A stretch of 64,000 nt of DNA from an uncultured Gemmatimonadales bacterium (GCA_963795085.1 CAWCFX010000001.1:768001-832000); one strand, 5' to 3'. Numbered from the stretch's first letter, positions 37,265-47,103 are shown. Made by a program: numbers and translations. The notes: generated by a model not told the origin, from the letters alone.

Positions 37265-38645
37265 GCCTGGCGGAGTCGTATCCCAGCCCGCCCTTGAACA
37301 CGGTCACTACGTCCCGGATCTGGCCGGGAACCCGGACCGGGTCGCCCTTGATGACCACCAGGTCGGCGAGTTTTCCAACTGCGACCGATCCATATTCCCG
37401 GTCCGCACCCAGCACCCGCGCCCCGTTCAGGGTCATGATCTGAATGGCCTCCACCGGGGCGAAGCCGGCTTCGATCAGCAACTCGTAGTTCCGCTGGTCG
37501 CCGTAGCCGGGCAGGGCGCCGCCGTTGCCGGTCGGATCCACCCCCGCCGCCATCAGACCACCGGCCCGCACGAACGCCAGCTCGAACGCCTGCGCCTTCT
37601 TGAAGATCTCCTGCGAAATCGCAAAGGCGCCCGGCTCCGCCAGCCGGGCCCGCGACGTGAGGTACTCGGCCTTGGTCTCCGGGCTCATCGCGGCCAGCAC
37701 CCGCTCTTCCAGCGGCGGCCGGTTGGGCACGAACAACTCGAAGACCGCCAGGGTGGAGGTCATCGCGACCTTGTTGTCGATCATTGCCCGGAACGTGGTC
37801 TGGACCGGCTCACTCGACACATCGAGCGTGGCGAGCTTGGTCATGGCATCGCTGGGGCACTGGTCGGGCTGCTTGGCGGGGTCGTACTCCGTGTTGACGA
37901 ACAGCCCATGCTCCAGGTTGTCGATGCCGAGCGAGACAGCCTCCCGGAACCCGACGGAGCAGAGATGCCCGGTGACCTTGAGACCTCGTTTATGGGCCTG
38001 GTCAATGGCCGCGCCCATCACCGCCCGGCTCGGCGTCGTGTAGAACTTGAGCCAGGTGGCGCCTTCTTCCGCCCAGTAGTCCACCGTGCGGCGGGCTGCT
38101 TCCGGGGTGAGCAGCTGGTGCATGTGGCTGCTGCCGCCCTCGCCGGTGAGATAGGGGCCGGTGATATACATCCGGGGTCCCGGCACGTTGCCCTGCTCGA
38201 TGTTGCGCTTCAGATTGATTTCGCTGTACGGGGAAGCGCTGCCGGTGGTGCGGACGGTGGTGACACCGCTGGCCAGGTAGAGCCGCGGCCCCGTGGTGTT
38301 CATCTGGACGCTGCGGTTGCTCGTCGTGTAGAAGGTGTGGTCGTGGAGGCCGACGATGCCGGGGATCACCGTGTGGCCGGTGAGATCATGCACCTGGGCG
38401 CCCGGGGGGACCCGGACCGAGGCACTGGGGCCGAGCGCGGTAATCCGGTCGCCGGTGATGACGATGGTCTGGTCCACCATCGGGGCCGCGCCGGTGCCGT
38501 CCACCACCTGCACGTGGGTGAGGGCGACCACCGGCGCATCGACGCTGACCCAGTTACGCTGGCCGGCCGTGGCGCGGCCCGCTGCCTGGGCGGCCAGGCA
38601 CGCCGGCACGGCGATGAACGCGGCAAGAAGAACAGGTGAGCGCAT
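37227..38645 (-). CDS. Exported amidohydrolase family protein
   Basis: PGIVGLHDH, GVTTVR, WLKFY, VTGH, LEHG, GKLADLVV. Confidence 0.88.
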   Translation of the reverse strand: MRSPVLLAAFIAVPACLAAQAAGRATAGQRNWVSVDAPVVALTHVQVVDGTGAAPMVDQTIVITGDRITALGPSASVRVPPGAQVHDLTGHTVIPGIVGLHDHTFYTTSNRSVQMNTTGPRLYLASGVTTVRTTGSASPYSEINLKRNIEQGNVPGPRMYITGPYLTGEGGSSHMHQLLTPEAARRTVDYWAEEGATWLKFYTTPSRAVMGAAIDQAHKRGLKVTGHLCSVGFREAVSLGIDNLEHGLFVNTEYDPAKQPDQCPSDAMTKLATLDVSSEPVQTTFRAMIDNKVAMTSTLAVFELFVPNRPPLEERVLAAMSPETKAEYLTSRARLAEPGAFAISQEIFKKAQAFELAFVRAGGLMAAGVDPTGNGGALPGYGDQRNYELLIEAGFAPVEAIQIMTLNGARVLGADREYGSVAVGKLADLVVIKGDPVRVPGQIRDVVTVFKGGLGYDSARLIESVRGAVGVR

Positions 38646-38716
38646 GGCAGTCCCCAGGGAAACAGGAATGAACGTATGGCGGGCCGAGGACTGGCAAGAT
38701 ACTGCTGTCTCGACAC

Positions 38717-38836
38717 ATCCCTCAATCCCTCAATTCCCTCAATTCCCTCAATTCCCCCATTCCCTCAATTCCCTCAATTCCCTCAATTCCCCCATTCCCT
38801 CAATTCCCTCAATTCCCCTCCCATTTCCCTCAATTC
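38717..38836. repeat. Mixed 9-mer/8-mer array (TTCCCTCAA / TTCCCCCA)
   Basis: Same 9-mer as 6226-6306; multicopper oxidase stop (38830-38832) lies in it. Confidence 0.92.
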
Positions 38837-40938
38837 ACCCCCACCATCGCGTGCATTCCCGCCTCCAGGTGCTCGGCGATGTGGCAGTGGATCATCCAGG
38901 CTCCCGGATTGGAAAACTCCACCAGCAGATCGAGCGTCCCGCCCGCCGGCACCAGGGCGGTGTCCTTCCAGACGAGGTTGGCCGTCGGCACCTCGTTTCG
39001 AGCCAGCACCAGGAACCGCTGGCCGTGAAGATGGATGGGATGCTGCATGGCGTGAAGGGTGTGGCGGTCATTGACCAGCCGGATCCGGGCGAGCGTTCCC
39101 CGCTCCACCTTCCAGTCAATGTCCATGTTCTCCCGGCCGGTGCCCCCGTCGCGGATGATCCAGCGTATTTCCCGGCTGGTACTGAGCCAGTCCATCATCG
39201 GCATGGTGCCCACCCATTCCACCGGGTTGACGTAGGCGGTGTCCAGCCGCATCGCCTGGATCAGTCCAAAGGGGAGGCTGTCGCTTGCCACCTCGACCGT
39301 GAGGATGAGGGTCCGGTCGGGCGCCGCGCCGAGATAGTTACGCAGCGAGTCGGCCACGTCGCCAGTCTGGCGCAAGGTGCTGAAGGCGGGCCGCGGCTGC
39401 ATCCGGCGGGGCGGCGAAGCCTGGATGGTGGCGAGGGTATCGGTCTGGGGGAAGTACACGCCGGTCTGGTGATCGAGCGCCTGGATCCGGTTGAGGAAGG
39501 TGTAACTGCCCGGGGCTTCGATCCGCGCGTCCACGACGTATCGCTCCGCCGGCGCAATCGCGATGTTGTCCACCCACTCCTCCCGCTGGAACCGGCTCAG
39601 GTCGCCGGCGATGAGCTTGAGGCGGGCGCCCGGGAGCGAGAGGTTCCACGTCCTCACGTTGCTCACGTTGGTCAGGTAGAGCCGGACGACCTCGCCGGCC
39701 CGGACCTGGAACTCCGGCCGCGGCTCGCCGTTGACGAGCGGCGTGTTGCCAAACCGCCCCATGAACGCGTGCGTGGCCCGCTCCCGCCCGAAGGGGACCA
39801 GCCCCTCCCCGTCCATTAGCAGGTCGTCGAGCATGAGCACCAGTTCCCGGTCGGCGGGGGCGAAGAACGCCGGGTCGCTGGACCGGACCAGCAGGTTCCC
39901 GTAGAGTCCCAGGTCCTGCTGGATATCTTCGCGGACGTGCGGGTGGTACCAGTAGATGCCGGCATCCGGGAAGCGCACGGTGTAAAGGAAGTCTCCTCCG
40001 GCCGGGACTGCCGCCTGGGTCATCTCCGGCACCCCGTCGAACCGGTTGTCCAGCCGCACCCCGTGCCAGTGGATGGTGGACGGCTGGTCCAGCCGGTTCC
40101 GGAACTGCACCGTGACCGTCGCCGCCTGAGCCACCTCGATCAACGGGCCGGGATACTGCCCGTTGAAGCCGAACATCACGATGCTCCGCCCCGCGACCGA
40201 CCGGCGAATCCGCCCGGCCGTGAGCGAGAGGGTGTCCCCGTCCTGGAGCCGCACCAGCTCCCGGGGCCGGCCCGCCGGAATCTCGCCATCCTCCGGCGGC
40301 AGGTAGGGCGTGGCGCTGGGCCGCATCCGTTCCAGCCCGGGCACCATCGGGGTGATGCCCGGAAAATCGGGAGGCATGCGCCAGCCGTCCAACCCGGGAT
40401 GCCCGTGCGCTGCCGTCGCCTGGGGTGGGAGCATGTTGACGCCATGGGGCATCATGATCGTCCCCGGAGAACCGCCCCTGAGCACCAGTCTTCCCCGCCG
40501 CTGGGTCACGGTGTCTGATGCCTCGGCGCTGACCAGGACCAGGAACTTGTTGAGAGCGACCTCGCCCAGGCCGGTCGTTCCGTTCCGCACGATGCCGAGC
40601 CGGATGACGGTGTCGAAGGTCGGCGTCGTCACCCAGGCGATATAGGTGGTGTAATCACCCAGCGAGGCAGGCGGGGGGAGATCGGAGGCGCGGAGTTCCA
40701 GCTGAAATCGCTGGACTCCCCCCGTCGTGACGTCCACGCCGAAGGGGCCGGAGGCGCGGCCCAGCGTCACCATGCCCCGGGTGTCGAGCAGGTCCGGCGT
40801 GGGCTCCAGCGTCATGCAGTAGAGATCCCGGGCCGGCAGATGGCGCCCGGGGCGGTCGCAGAAATCGGCCGCCTGTTGGGGAGACGCCGCTGACGCGAGC
40901 AGGGCCGAGGCCAGGAGTCCGTGGCGCAGAGGCGACAT
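38830..40938 (-). CDS. Multicopper oxidase with N-terminal extension
   Basis: IHWHG, WYHPH, HPIHLHG, HCHIAEHLEAGM. Confidence 0.92.
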   Translation of the reverse strand: MSPLRHGLLASALLASAASPQQAADFCDRPGRHLPARDLYCMTLEPTPDLLDTRGMVTLGRASGPFGVDVTTGGVQRFQLELRASDLPPPASLGDYTTYIAWVTTPTFDTVIRLGIVRNGTTGLGEVALNKFLVLVSAEASDTVTQRRGRLVLRGGSPGTIMMPHGVNMLPPQATAAHGHPGLDGWRMPPDFPGITPMVPGLERMRPSATPYLPPEDGEIPAGRPRELVRLQDGDTLSLTAGRIRRSVAGRSIVMFGFNGQYPGPLIEVAQAATVTVQFRNRLDQPSTIHWHGVRLDNRFDGVPEMTQAAVPAGGDFLYTVRFPDAGIYWYHPHVREDIQQDLGLYGNLLVRSSDPAFFAPADRELVLMLDDLLMDGEGLVPFGRERATHAFMGRFGNTPLVNGEPRPEFQVRAGEVVRLYLTNVSNVRTWNLSLPGARLKLIAGDLSRFQREEWVDNIAIAPAERYVVDARIEAPGSYTFLNRIQALDHQTGVYFPQTDTLATIQASPPRRMQPRPAFSTLRQTGDVADSLRNYLGAAPDRTLILTVEVASDSLPFGLIQAMRLDTAYVNPVEWVGTMPMMDWLSTSREIRWIIRDGGTGRENMDIDWKVERGTLARIRLVNDRHTLHAMQHPIHLHGQRFLVLARNEVPTANLVWKDTALVPAGGTLDLLVEFSNPGAWMIHCHIAEHLEAGMHAMVGVN

Positions 40939-40941
40939 CGT

Positions 40942-42675
40942 TCAGTCCGGGGAACTCACGATTTCTACCGCCACCTTGTGGGGCCGTCCGTTCTGCACCG
41001 AGAGGACCACCAGGTTGACGCCGGCCCCGCCGCCGATGGGAATCCGCATCCCGGGCGACGGCTTTTGCGACATGGTCCGGTCCAGCCAGTCGGCCAGCGG
41101 CTCGTCCCGGGCCTTGCCGAGCTCGAGGCCATAGAAGTCCTCCAGGTCCCCCAGGGTGGCGACCTTGGCGTCCAGGCTGAACTCGTGCTCCCCGGCCAGG
41201 ACCATCTCGTCGGGCAGCCGCTCGGCGAACAGTTCGGCCACCACCTTCCGGTAGGAGACCGCGCTCAGCACGTACACCTGGTCGCCGTCCCGCATGACCG
41301 TCTTCCCGCGCGGGGAGATCACGTCTTTCTGCCGCACGATGAGCACCACCAGCGAGTCGGCGGGGAGCGCGAGCTTGCCGACCTCCTGGTCGGCGGCGTG
41401 GCTCCCGGCTTCCACCCGGTAGCCGAGCAGTTCCTGGCCGGTCTCCCGCAGGGCGGTCAGCTCCAGTGACACCGAGGCATCGGCGCTTTCTGACACCAGC
41501 TTGCCCAGCCGCCGGGCGATAGGGCCCAGCAGGGTGGACTGCACCAGCACCGAGAAGAGCACGACGAAGAACGTCACGTCGAAGATCGTGGCGGCACCGG
41601 GCAGGCCGGCAGCGAGGGGAATAGTGGCGAACACCACCGGGACGGCGCCGCGGAGCCCGCCCAGCGTGATGACCAGCCGGTCCCGCCAGTCGTAGCGGAA
41701 GAAGAGGGTGGCCACCCAGACCGAGAGCGGCCGTGCGATGAACACCAGGACCAGGGCGATGGCAATGCCCACCGGCGCCGCCGCAATCAGCCGGCTGGGA
41801 AAGGCGAGCAGGCCCAGCAGCACGAAGACGCCCACCTGGGCGATCCACGCGATGCCGTCGTGAAAGCGGCGGAGCCCGCGTTCGAAGGGCAGCCGGGCGT
41901 GGCCGATGAGCACCCCCGCGGCATACACGGCGATAAACCCGCTGCCGTGAAGTACGTGGGCCGCGCCATAGGCCAGGATGCCGCAGGCGAGGGAGAAGAC
42001 CAGGTAGAGTCCCGCGACGTCGAGGTGGAGCCGGCGCATGATCGCCGTGGCGGCCCAGCCGATCCCGCCCCCGATGGCGAGACCGATCCCCATCTGGAAG
42101 GCGAAGTTGGTGATGACCGACCACCAGGGCGGGCTGGTGCTCCCGGCCAGCATCGCCGTGAGGGTGACCACCAGGAAGATGGCGATCGGGTCGTTGAGTC
42201 CGGACTCGACCTCCAGCGTGGCCTTGAGCCGTTCCGGCAGGGTGACGCCCCGCCCGCGGAATGCCGCGAAGACGGCGGCCGCGTCGGTCGAGCCCAGGAT
42301 GCTGCCAAGGAGGAGGCCTTCGGTCCACCCGAGATTGAGCAGCAGCACCGCGGCGGCCCCGATGATCACCGCCGAGATCAGGACGCCAATGGTGGCGAGG
42401 AGGATGGTCGGACCGGCCACCCGGCGGATGTGGCGGACGGGGGTGCCTAGTCCGCCATCGTACAGGATCAGCGCCATCAGCCCGATGGAGAGGCCGCTGG
42501 TCAGCTGGGCATCGTTGAGCACGATGCCAACCGGCCCTTCTTCGCCGGCCAGCAGCCCGACGCCGACGAAAAGGATGATCAGGGGGACACCCGATCGCAG
42601 GGACAGGCGGCTCGACAGCACTCCCGCGATGAGGAGTACGCCGGTGATCAGCATCAGGCGGGCGGCTTGGTCCAT
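40942..42675 (-). CDS. cvrA: K+/H+ antiporter, CvrA/NhaP2 type with TrkA_C and CorC-like C-terminal domains
   Basis: ILYDGGL, STDAAAVF, LEVESGLNDP, GLRGAVPVV. Confidence 0.88.
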   Translation of the reverse strand: MDQAARLMLITGVLLIAGVLSSRLSLRSGVPLIILFVGVGLLAGEEGPVGIVLNDAQLTSGLSIGLMALILYDGGLGTPVRHIRRVAGPTILLATIGVLISAVIIGAAAVLLLNLGWTEGLLLGSILGSTDAAAVFAAFRGRGVTLPERLKATLEVESGLNDPIAIFLVVTLTAMLAGSTSPPWWSVITNFAFQMGIGLAIGGGIGWAATAIMRRLHLDVAGLYLVFSLACGILAYGAAHVLHGSGFIAVYAAGVLIGHARLPFERGLRRFHDGIAWIAQVGVFVLLGLLAFPSRLIAAAPVGIAIALVLVFIARPLSVWVATLFFRYDWRDRLVITLGGLRGAVPVVFATIPLAAGLPGAATIFDVTFFVVLFSVLVQSTLLGPIARRLGKLVSESADASVSLELTALRETGQELLGYRVEAGSHAADQEVGKLALPADSLVVLIVRQKDVISPRGKTVMRDGDQVYVLSAVSYRKVVAELFAERLPDEMVLAGEHEFSLDAKVATLGDLEDFYGLELGKARDEPLADWLDRTMSQKPSPGMRIPIGGGAGVNLVVLSVQNGRPHKVAVEIVSSPD

Positions 42676-42708
42676 CCCGGAAGATAAAGCGGTCGAACCG
42701 GGCGGGCG

Positions 42709-42740
42709 AAAACAGCGGGACGGCCTTGCCGGCCGCCCCG
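42709..42740 (-). terminator. Probable intrinsic terminator after amtB and the small ORF
   Basis: Minus strand CGGGGCGGCC-GGCAA-GGCCGTCCCG followed by CTGTTTT. Confidence 0.55.
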
Positions 42741-42749
42741 TTCCTCGGC

Positions 42750-42881
42750 TTACACCACTTCGGGAGCGGCAGCCTGGTCAGGCCGGGCCGGGGCCTCGGG
42801 GGCCTTCTCACCGGACGGCAGCAGCAGCCAGCTCAGCATGAGGCCGGCGAAGAGCGCGAGCGCAACGGGAAACAGCTCCAT
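42750..42881 (-). CDS. 43-aa single-TM small protein
   Basis: MELFPVALALFAGLMLSWLLLPSGEKAPEAPARPDQAAAPEVV; AGGAG RBS overlapping the amtB stop; below ORF-track cut-off. Confidence 0.6.
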   Translation of the reverse strand: MELFPVALALFAGLMLSWLLLPSGEKAPEAPARPDQAAAPEVV

Positions 42882-42893
42882 GGGTGGGTGCTC

Positions 42894-44135
42894 CTAGGAA
42901 ATGGTTGGCTGGTACGCGGCTTCGCCATGCTGGCTCAGGTCGAGGCCGCGGGCTTCTTCCTCGGCGGAGACCCGTACGCCGACCACCAGGTTGACGATCT
43001 TGAGCAGCCCCCAGGTGGCGGCGGCGGAGTAGGCCGCCACCGCGGCCACGGCGATGGCCTGGATTCCCAGTTGGCCGAGATTTCCGTAGAGCGCGCCGTC
43101 GGCACCGGCGGGATTGGCGAGCCTGGTCGCGAAGATCCCGGTCGCGAGCGCGCCGATGGTTCCCCCCACGCCATGGACGCCGAACACGTCCAGGGAATCG
43201 TCGGCGATGCGCCGCACCAGCTCGACCGCGAAGAAGCAGCCCAGCCCGGCGAGAAAACCGATGACAATGGCGCCGGTGGGAGTCACGAAACCGGCGGCAG
43301 GGGTAATGCCAACCAGGCCGGCGACCGCGCCCACCGTGGCGCCCACCACCCCCGGCTTGCGGTGCCGCATCCAGCTCGCGGTCATCCAGGTGAGGGCCGC
43401 CATGGCGGCGGCCGTGTTGGTCGCGACGAACGCGGTGGTGGCAAGCGCGCCGGCGCTCAGGGCGCTCCCCGCGTTGAATCCGAACCAGCCGAACCAGAGG
43501 AGCCCCGCGCCGGTGACGGTCATGGTCGCGTCGTGCGGCTCCACCGGCTTCTCTCCCACGCCCATCCGCCGGCCCAGTACCAGCGCGCAGACCAGGGCGG
43601 ACACGCCGGAGGCGATGTGCACGACGGTGCCGCCGGCAAAATCCAGCGCGCCCAGCTGGCGCAGCCAGCCGCCCTCCCCCCAGACCCAGTGGGCGACCGG
43701 ATCGTACACCAGGGTCGCCCAGAGCAGGGTGAACAGCGCGTAGGCCTTGAACCGCTTGCGCTCGGCAAAGGCGCCGGAGATCAGCGCCGGGGTGATCGCC
43801 GCGAACATCAACTGGAAGACCATGAACGCCTGGTGCGGCACCGTCGCGGCGTAGGCGGGGTGGGGGGCCGCTCCCACGCCGGCGAGGCCCACCCAGTCCA
43901 GGCCGCCGATCAGGCCGCCGTGGTCGGGGCCGAAGGCCAGGCTGTAGCCGAAGAGCACCCACTGGATGCTCACCAGCGCCAGGCAGAAGAAGCTGTGCAT
44001 GATCGTGGAGAGCACGTTCTTCTCCCGGACCAGCCCCCCATAGAACAGCGCAAGGCCGGGGATCATCAGCATGACCAGCGCGGACGACATCAGGACCCAG
44101 GCGGTATCGGCGGAGTCTATGCCGGTGGGGTTCAC
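42894..44135 (-). CDS. amtB: Ammonium transporter
   Basis: PGLALFYGG, FQLMFAAIT, AHWVWG, DFAGGTVVH, WFGWFGFNAGS, DDSLDVFGVHG. Confidence 0.97.
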   Translation of the reverse strand: MNPTGIDSADTAWVLMSSALVMLMIPGLALFYGGLVREKNVLSTIMHSFFCLALVSIQWVLFGYSLAFGPDHGGLIGGLDWVGLAGVGAAPHPAYAATVPHQAFMVFQLMFAAITPALISGAFAERKRFKAYALFTLLWATLVYDPVAHWVWGEGGWLRQLGALDFAGGTVVHIASGVSALVCALVLGRRMGVGEKPVEPHDATMTVTGAGLLWFGWFGFNAGSALSAGALATTAFVATNTAAAMAALTWMTASWMRHRKPGVVGATVGAVAGLVGITPAAGFVTPTGAIVIGFLAGLGCFFAVELVRRIADDSLDVFGVHGVGGTIGALATGIFATRLANPAGADGALYGNLGQLGIQAIAVAAVAAYSAAATWGLLKIVNLVVGVRVSAEEEARGLDLSQHGEAAYQPTIS

Positions 44136-44186
44136 GAAAGCTCCAGGTGAAGTGCGGGGCAGGGCGGGCCGGCCCGCCCCGGTTTA

Positions 44187-44353
44187 TCAGGCGTCGTCAG
44201 GAAGAACTCGTACGGATGGGGCCGCCGGTTCACCGCCGGCAGGTCCCGGGTCCGTTTCATCGCCTGCCAGGTTGCGATGGCGTCGGGCGTGAAGACATCG
44301 CCTTCGAGCAGGAACTCGTGGTCGGCGTCCAGCGCATCGAGGGTGGTGGCCAT
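44187..44353 (-). pseudogene. glnA: C-terminal remnant of type I glutamine synthetase
   Basis: LDALDADHEFLLEGDVFTPDAI..K..VNRRPHPYEFFL resembles the GS-I tail; native-looking GAC GCC TGA end is out of frame. Confidence 0.8.
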
Positions 44354-44630
44354 GTCGCTCCGCTGGACGGCTGTGGTGGTGAAGAACCGGGAGATCCAGA
44401 AAATGGATCGGTGAGAATACCACCCGGTACATTAGCTGTCAAGCAAATCCTGCCGATTATGCAACAAAGCATGACGTTTTTAACTTTTATTCCGCTATTT
44501 GTGTAAAGGTGAGCGATGAGAGTTGCATACCTTGCAGAATTCTGGGTACAACTGTGGCATGCCTGGGCCAACACCCCTGGTTCCCCGGCCCGGGTCGCCC
44601 GGAAGCCCGGGCGCGCCTTAGATTCCCGGG

Positions 44631-46322
44631 GTGAGCCAGCCGCGATGTTCCACCTGCCAGGCGCCCCTCGCGGCGGATGCGCTGTTCTGCATGAGCTGTG
44701 GCATGCCGGTGGGTTCGACCCCGGTGACCCGGGCGCCGTCGCGGGAGGGGGACATCCCGGTCCGCGACCGCCTGTCCAAGGCGCTGGGTCTCAAGTTCGA
44801 GGTGCGGGGGACGCTGGGCCGGGGCGGGTTCGCCGAGGTGTTTGAGGTGTTCGACCAGGACCTGCACCGGCGCCTGGCGGTCAAGGTGCTCCACCCCGAA
44901 ATCGCCTGGACCGGCGGCATGATCCTCCGCTTCAAGCAGGAGGCCCGGACCCTGGCCCGGCTGGACCACCCCAACATTCTTCCCATTCATTTCGTGGGCG
45001 AGGGTGAAGGGCTGGTCTATTACGCGATGCCGCTGGTGGAGGGCGAGACCGTTGCCGGGCTGTTGCGGGGGAAGCCGGCGCTGCCGGTGGACCAGGCCTT
45101 GGACATCGCCCGTCCGGTCCTGGACGCTCTCGACCACGCCCATGCCCTGGGGTTGGTCCACCGCGACATCAAGCCCGAGAACATCCTCATCCAGCGCAGT
45201 AACGGGCGGGTGCTGCTGGTGGATTTCGGAATTGCCAAGCAGCTGGGCGAGGCGACCAGCGGACTGACCGCGACCGGGTTTACCCTGGGTACGCCCCACT
45301 ACATGGCGCCGGAGCAGGCGCTGGGGCAGGGCAACCTGGACCACCGCGCGGATCTCTATGCCACCGGCGCGGTGCTGTACCAGATGGTCATCGGCGCGCC
45401 GCCGTACGAGGGTGAGTCGTCCCAGGAGATCGTCGGCAAGCATATCGCCGAACCCATCCCCCGGCCCAGTACCCGGGACACCCGGGTTCCCCACTGGCTG
45501 AGCGAGGTGATCGTACGCCTGCTGGCCAAGCGTCCGGAGGACCGATACCAGTCGGCGGCCGCCGTGCTGGAGGCGCTCGCCCTGGGGCGGGTCTCCGGCA
45601 AACAGGCGGCCGTCAGCGGGGACAGTGTGGCCCGCCGCATCGAGGCGGAGCAGACCGCCGTCATTCCCAGCCAGGAGCGTCCCGTGACTACTCCATCCAC
45701 GCCCGTCCCCGAAACCCGCCGGCGCGGGTCAGGGTGGCTGCTGCTTCTCCTGGTCGCGGCGCTCGCGGTCGCCGGCTACCTGCTGTTCCAGGGCGGGCCG
45801 ACCCTCGTCATCCAGAACCGGCTGGTAGAACCGGTCAAGGTCATCGCCGGGGGGCAGGAGCGGCAGGTCGCCGAAGGGGGTGAGGTGGCGATTCCACTCA
45901 AGCGGGGGGAGCGGCTCTTCGCCCAATGGTACCTGGTGCAGCCGCTGGGCCCCGGCGGCAAGCCGCTGGGTGAGTTGCTGCAGGGCACACTGCAGCAGGA
46001 CCAGGCGCGCGGCCGGGTAATCCTGGAGATCACGGCCCGCACCAGGGACGGCGCCCATTTCGCTCCCCTGGTGTCCAACGGCACCGACCGGCCGGTGCGT
46101 ATCATCGTGAACGCCGGATTGGCGGGGTCCACCGATTGCGAGTGCGGCGTGCCGGCCGGCTCCACCCGAACCCGGATCGGGTACTATCGGCTCTTCCAGA
46201 ACAGCACCGTGCGGGCCGTGGACGGGCAGGGCCGGAGCGCGACATTTCGGGACCTCGGCCCCCAGGTTCGGGATGCGGGAGGAAGTGTCGGACTGCGCTT
46301 CAACGCCGGCGACTTCCAGTAG
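44631..46322 (+). CDS. Ser/Thr protein kinase with N-terminal zinc ribbon, TM and extracytoplasmic domain
   Basis: CSTC..CMSC, GRGGFA, LAVK, HRDIKPEN, DFG, YMAPE. Confidence 0.92.
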   Translation: MSQPRCSTCQAPLAADALFCMSCGMPVGSTPVTRAPSREGDIPVRDRLSKALGLKFEVRGTLGRGGFAEVFEVFDQDLHRRLAVKVLHPEIAWTGGMILRFKQEARTLARLDHPNILPIHFVGEGEGLVYYAMPLVEGETVAGLLRGKPALPVDQALDIARPVLDALDHAHALGLVHRDIKPENILIQRSNGRVLLVDFGIAKQLGEATSGLTATGFTLGTPHYMAPEQALGQGNLDHRADLYATGAVLYQMVIGAPPYEGESSQEIVGKHIAEPIPRPSTRDTRVPHWLSEVIVRLLAKRPEDRYQSAAAVLEALALGRVSGKQAAVSGDSVARRIEAEQTAVIPSQERPVTTPSTPVPETRRRGSGWLLLLLVAALAVAGYLLFQGGPTLVIQNRLVEPVKVIAGGQERQVAEGGEVAIPLKRGERLFAQWYLVQPLGPGGKPLGELLQGTLQQDQARGRVILEITARTRDGAHFAPLVSNGTDRPVRIIVNAGLAGSTDCECGVPAGSTRTRIGYYRLFQNSTVRAVDGQGRSATFRDLGPQVRDAGGSVGLRFNAGDFQ

Positions 46323-46325
46323 AGT

Positions 46326-46390
46326 CCCCCCCCACTCCCATTCCCCCATTCCCCCTTGCCCCCTTGCCCCCTTACCCTCTTGCCCCCTTT
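46326..46390 (+). repeat. C-rich 8-mer array (CCCCCATT then CCCCCTTG)
   Basis: Fills the kinase-S2P gap; combines units seen at 38717 and at 22094/57800. Confidence 0.85.
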
Positions 46391-46398
46391 TCTAAAGC

Positions 46399-47100
46399 AT
46401 GTCTGATCCCGCCGGCGCGATCATTTACTACGTCGTCTTCCTGTTCTCCACGACCCTGCACGAGGCGGCCCACGCCTGGGCCGCGGCCCGCGGCGGCGAT
46501 CTCACGGCCTATCACGGCGGCCAGGTATCGCTGAGTCCGGTGCCGCATATCCGGCGGGAGCCGATCGGGATGGTCGTCCTCCCGCTCCTGTCGCTGGTGA
46601 TGATCGGATGGCCCTTCGGCTATGCCAGCGCCCCCTATGACATGGCCTGGGCCCGCCGGTATCCCCGGCGGGCGGGGCTGATGGCGCTGGCGGGACCGGC
46701 CTCCAACCTGGCGCTCGCCCTGATCGCGGTCGGGCTGATCCGCCTGGGCATGCTGGCTGGCTGGTTCTATGCGCCGCCGACTGTGAGCTTCGGGGAAATG
46801 GTGGGCACCGACCTGGGCCAGCTGTGGCCGGCCGCCGCCCGCATGGTGGGCATCCTGTTCTCGCTCAACCTGCTGCTCTGCGTCTTCAACCTGCTGCCCT
46901 TCCCGCCGCTGGACGGGGCCGGTGCCCTCCCGCTCCTCATGAATCCCCGGACCACCCGGCGATACCAGGACGCGGTCTGGGGCAACCCAATGATCTCCCT
47001 GATCGGCATCCTGATCGCCTGGCAGGTCTTTCCCAAGGTGTTCCAGCCCCTGTTCTTCGGGGCGATCAAGCTGGTGTATCCGGAGATGAGCTACCATTAG
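46399..47100 (+). CDS. Site-2 protease (M50) family protein
   Basis: HEAAH, GD, AGPASN, FNLLPFPPLDG. Confidence 0.9.
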   Translation: MSDPAGAIIYYVVFLFSTTLHEAAHAWAAARGGDLTAYHGGQVSLSPVPHIRREPIGMVVLPLLSLVMIGWPFGYASAPYDMAWARRYPRRAGLMALAGPASNLALALIAVGLIRLGMLAGWFYAPPTVSFGEMVGTDLGQLWPAAARMVGILFSLNLLLCVFNLLPFPPLDGAGALPLLMNPRTTRRYQDAVWGNPMISLIGILIAWQVFPKVFQPLFFGAIKLVYPEMSYH

Positions 47101-47103
47101 GAG

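Noticed and set aside
44441..44456. sigma54 promoter (CGGCAGGATTTGC on minus strand)
   Set aside because: GG-to-GC spacing is 8 nt rather than the required 10.
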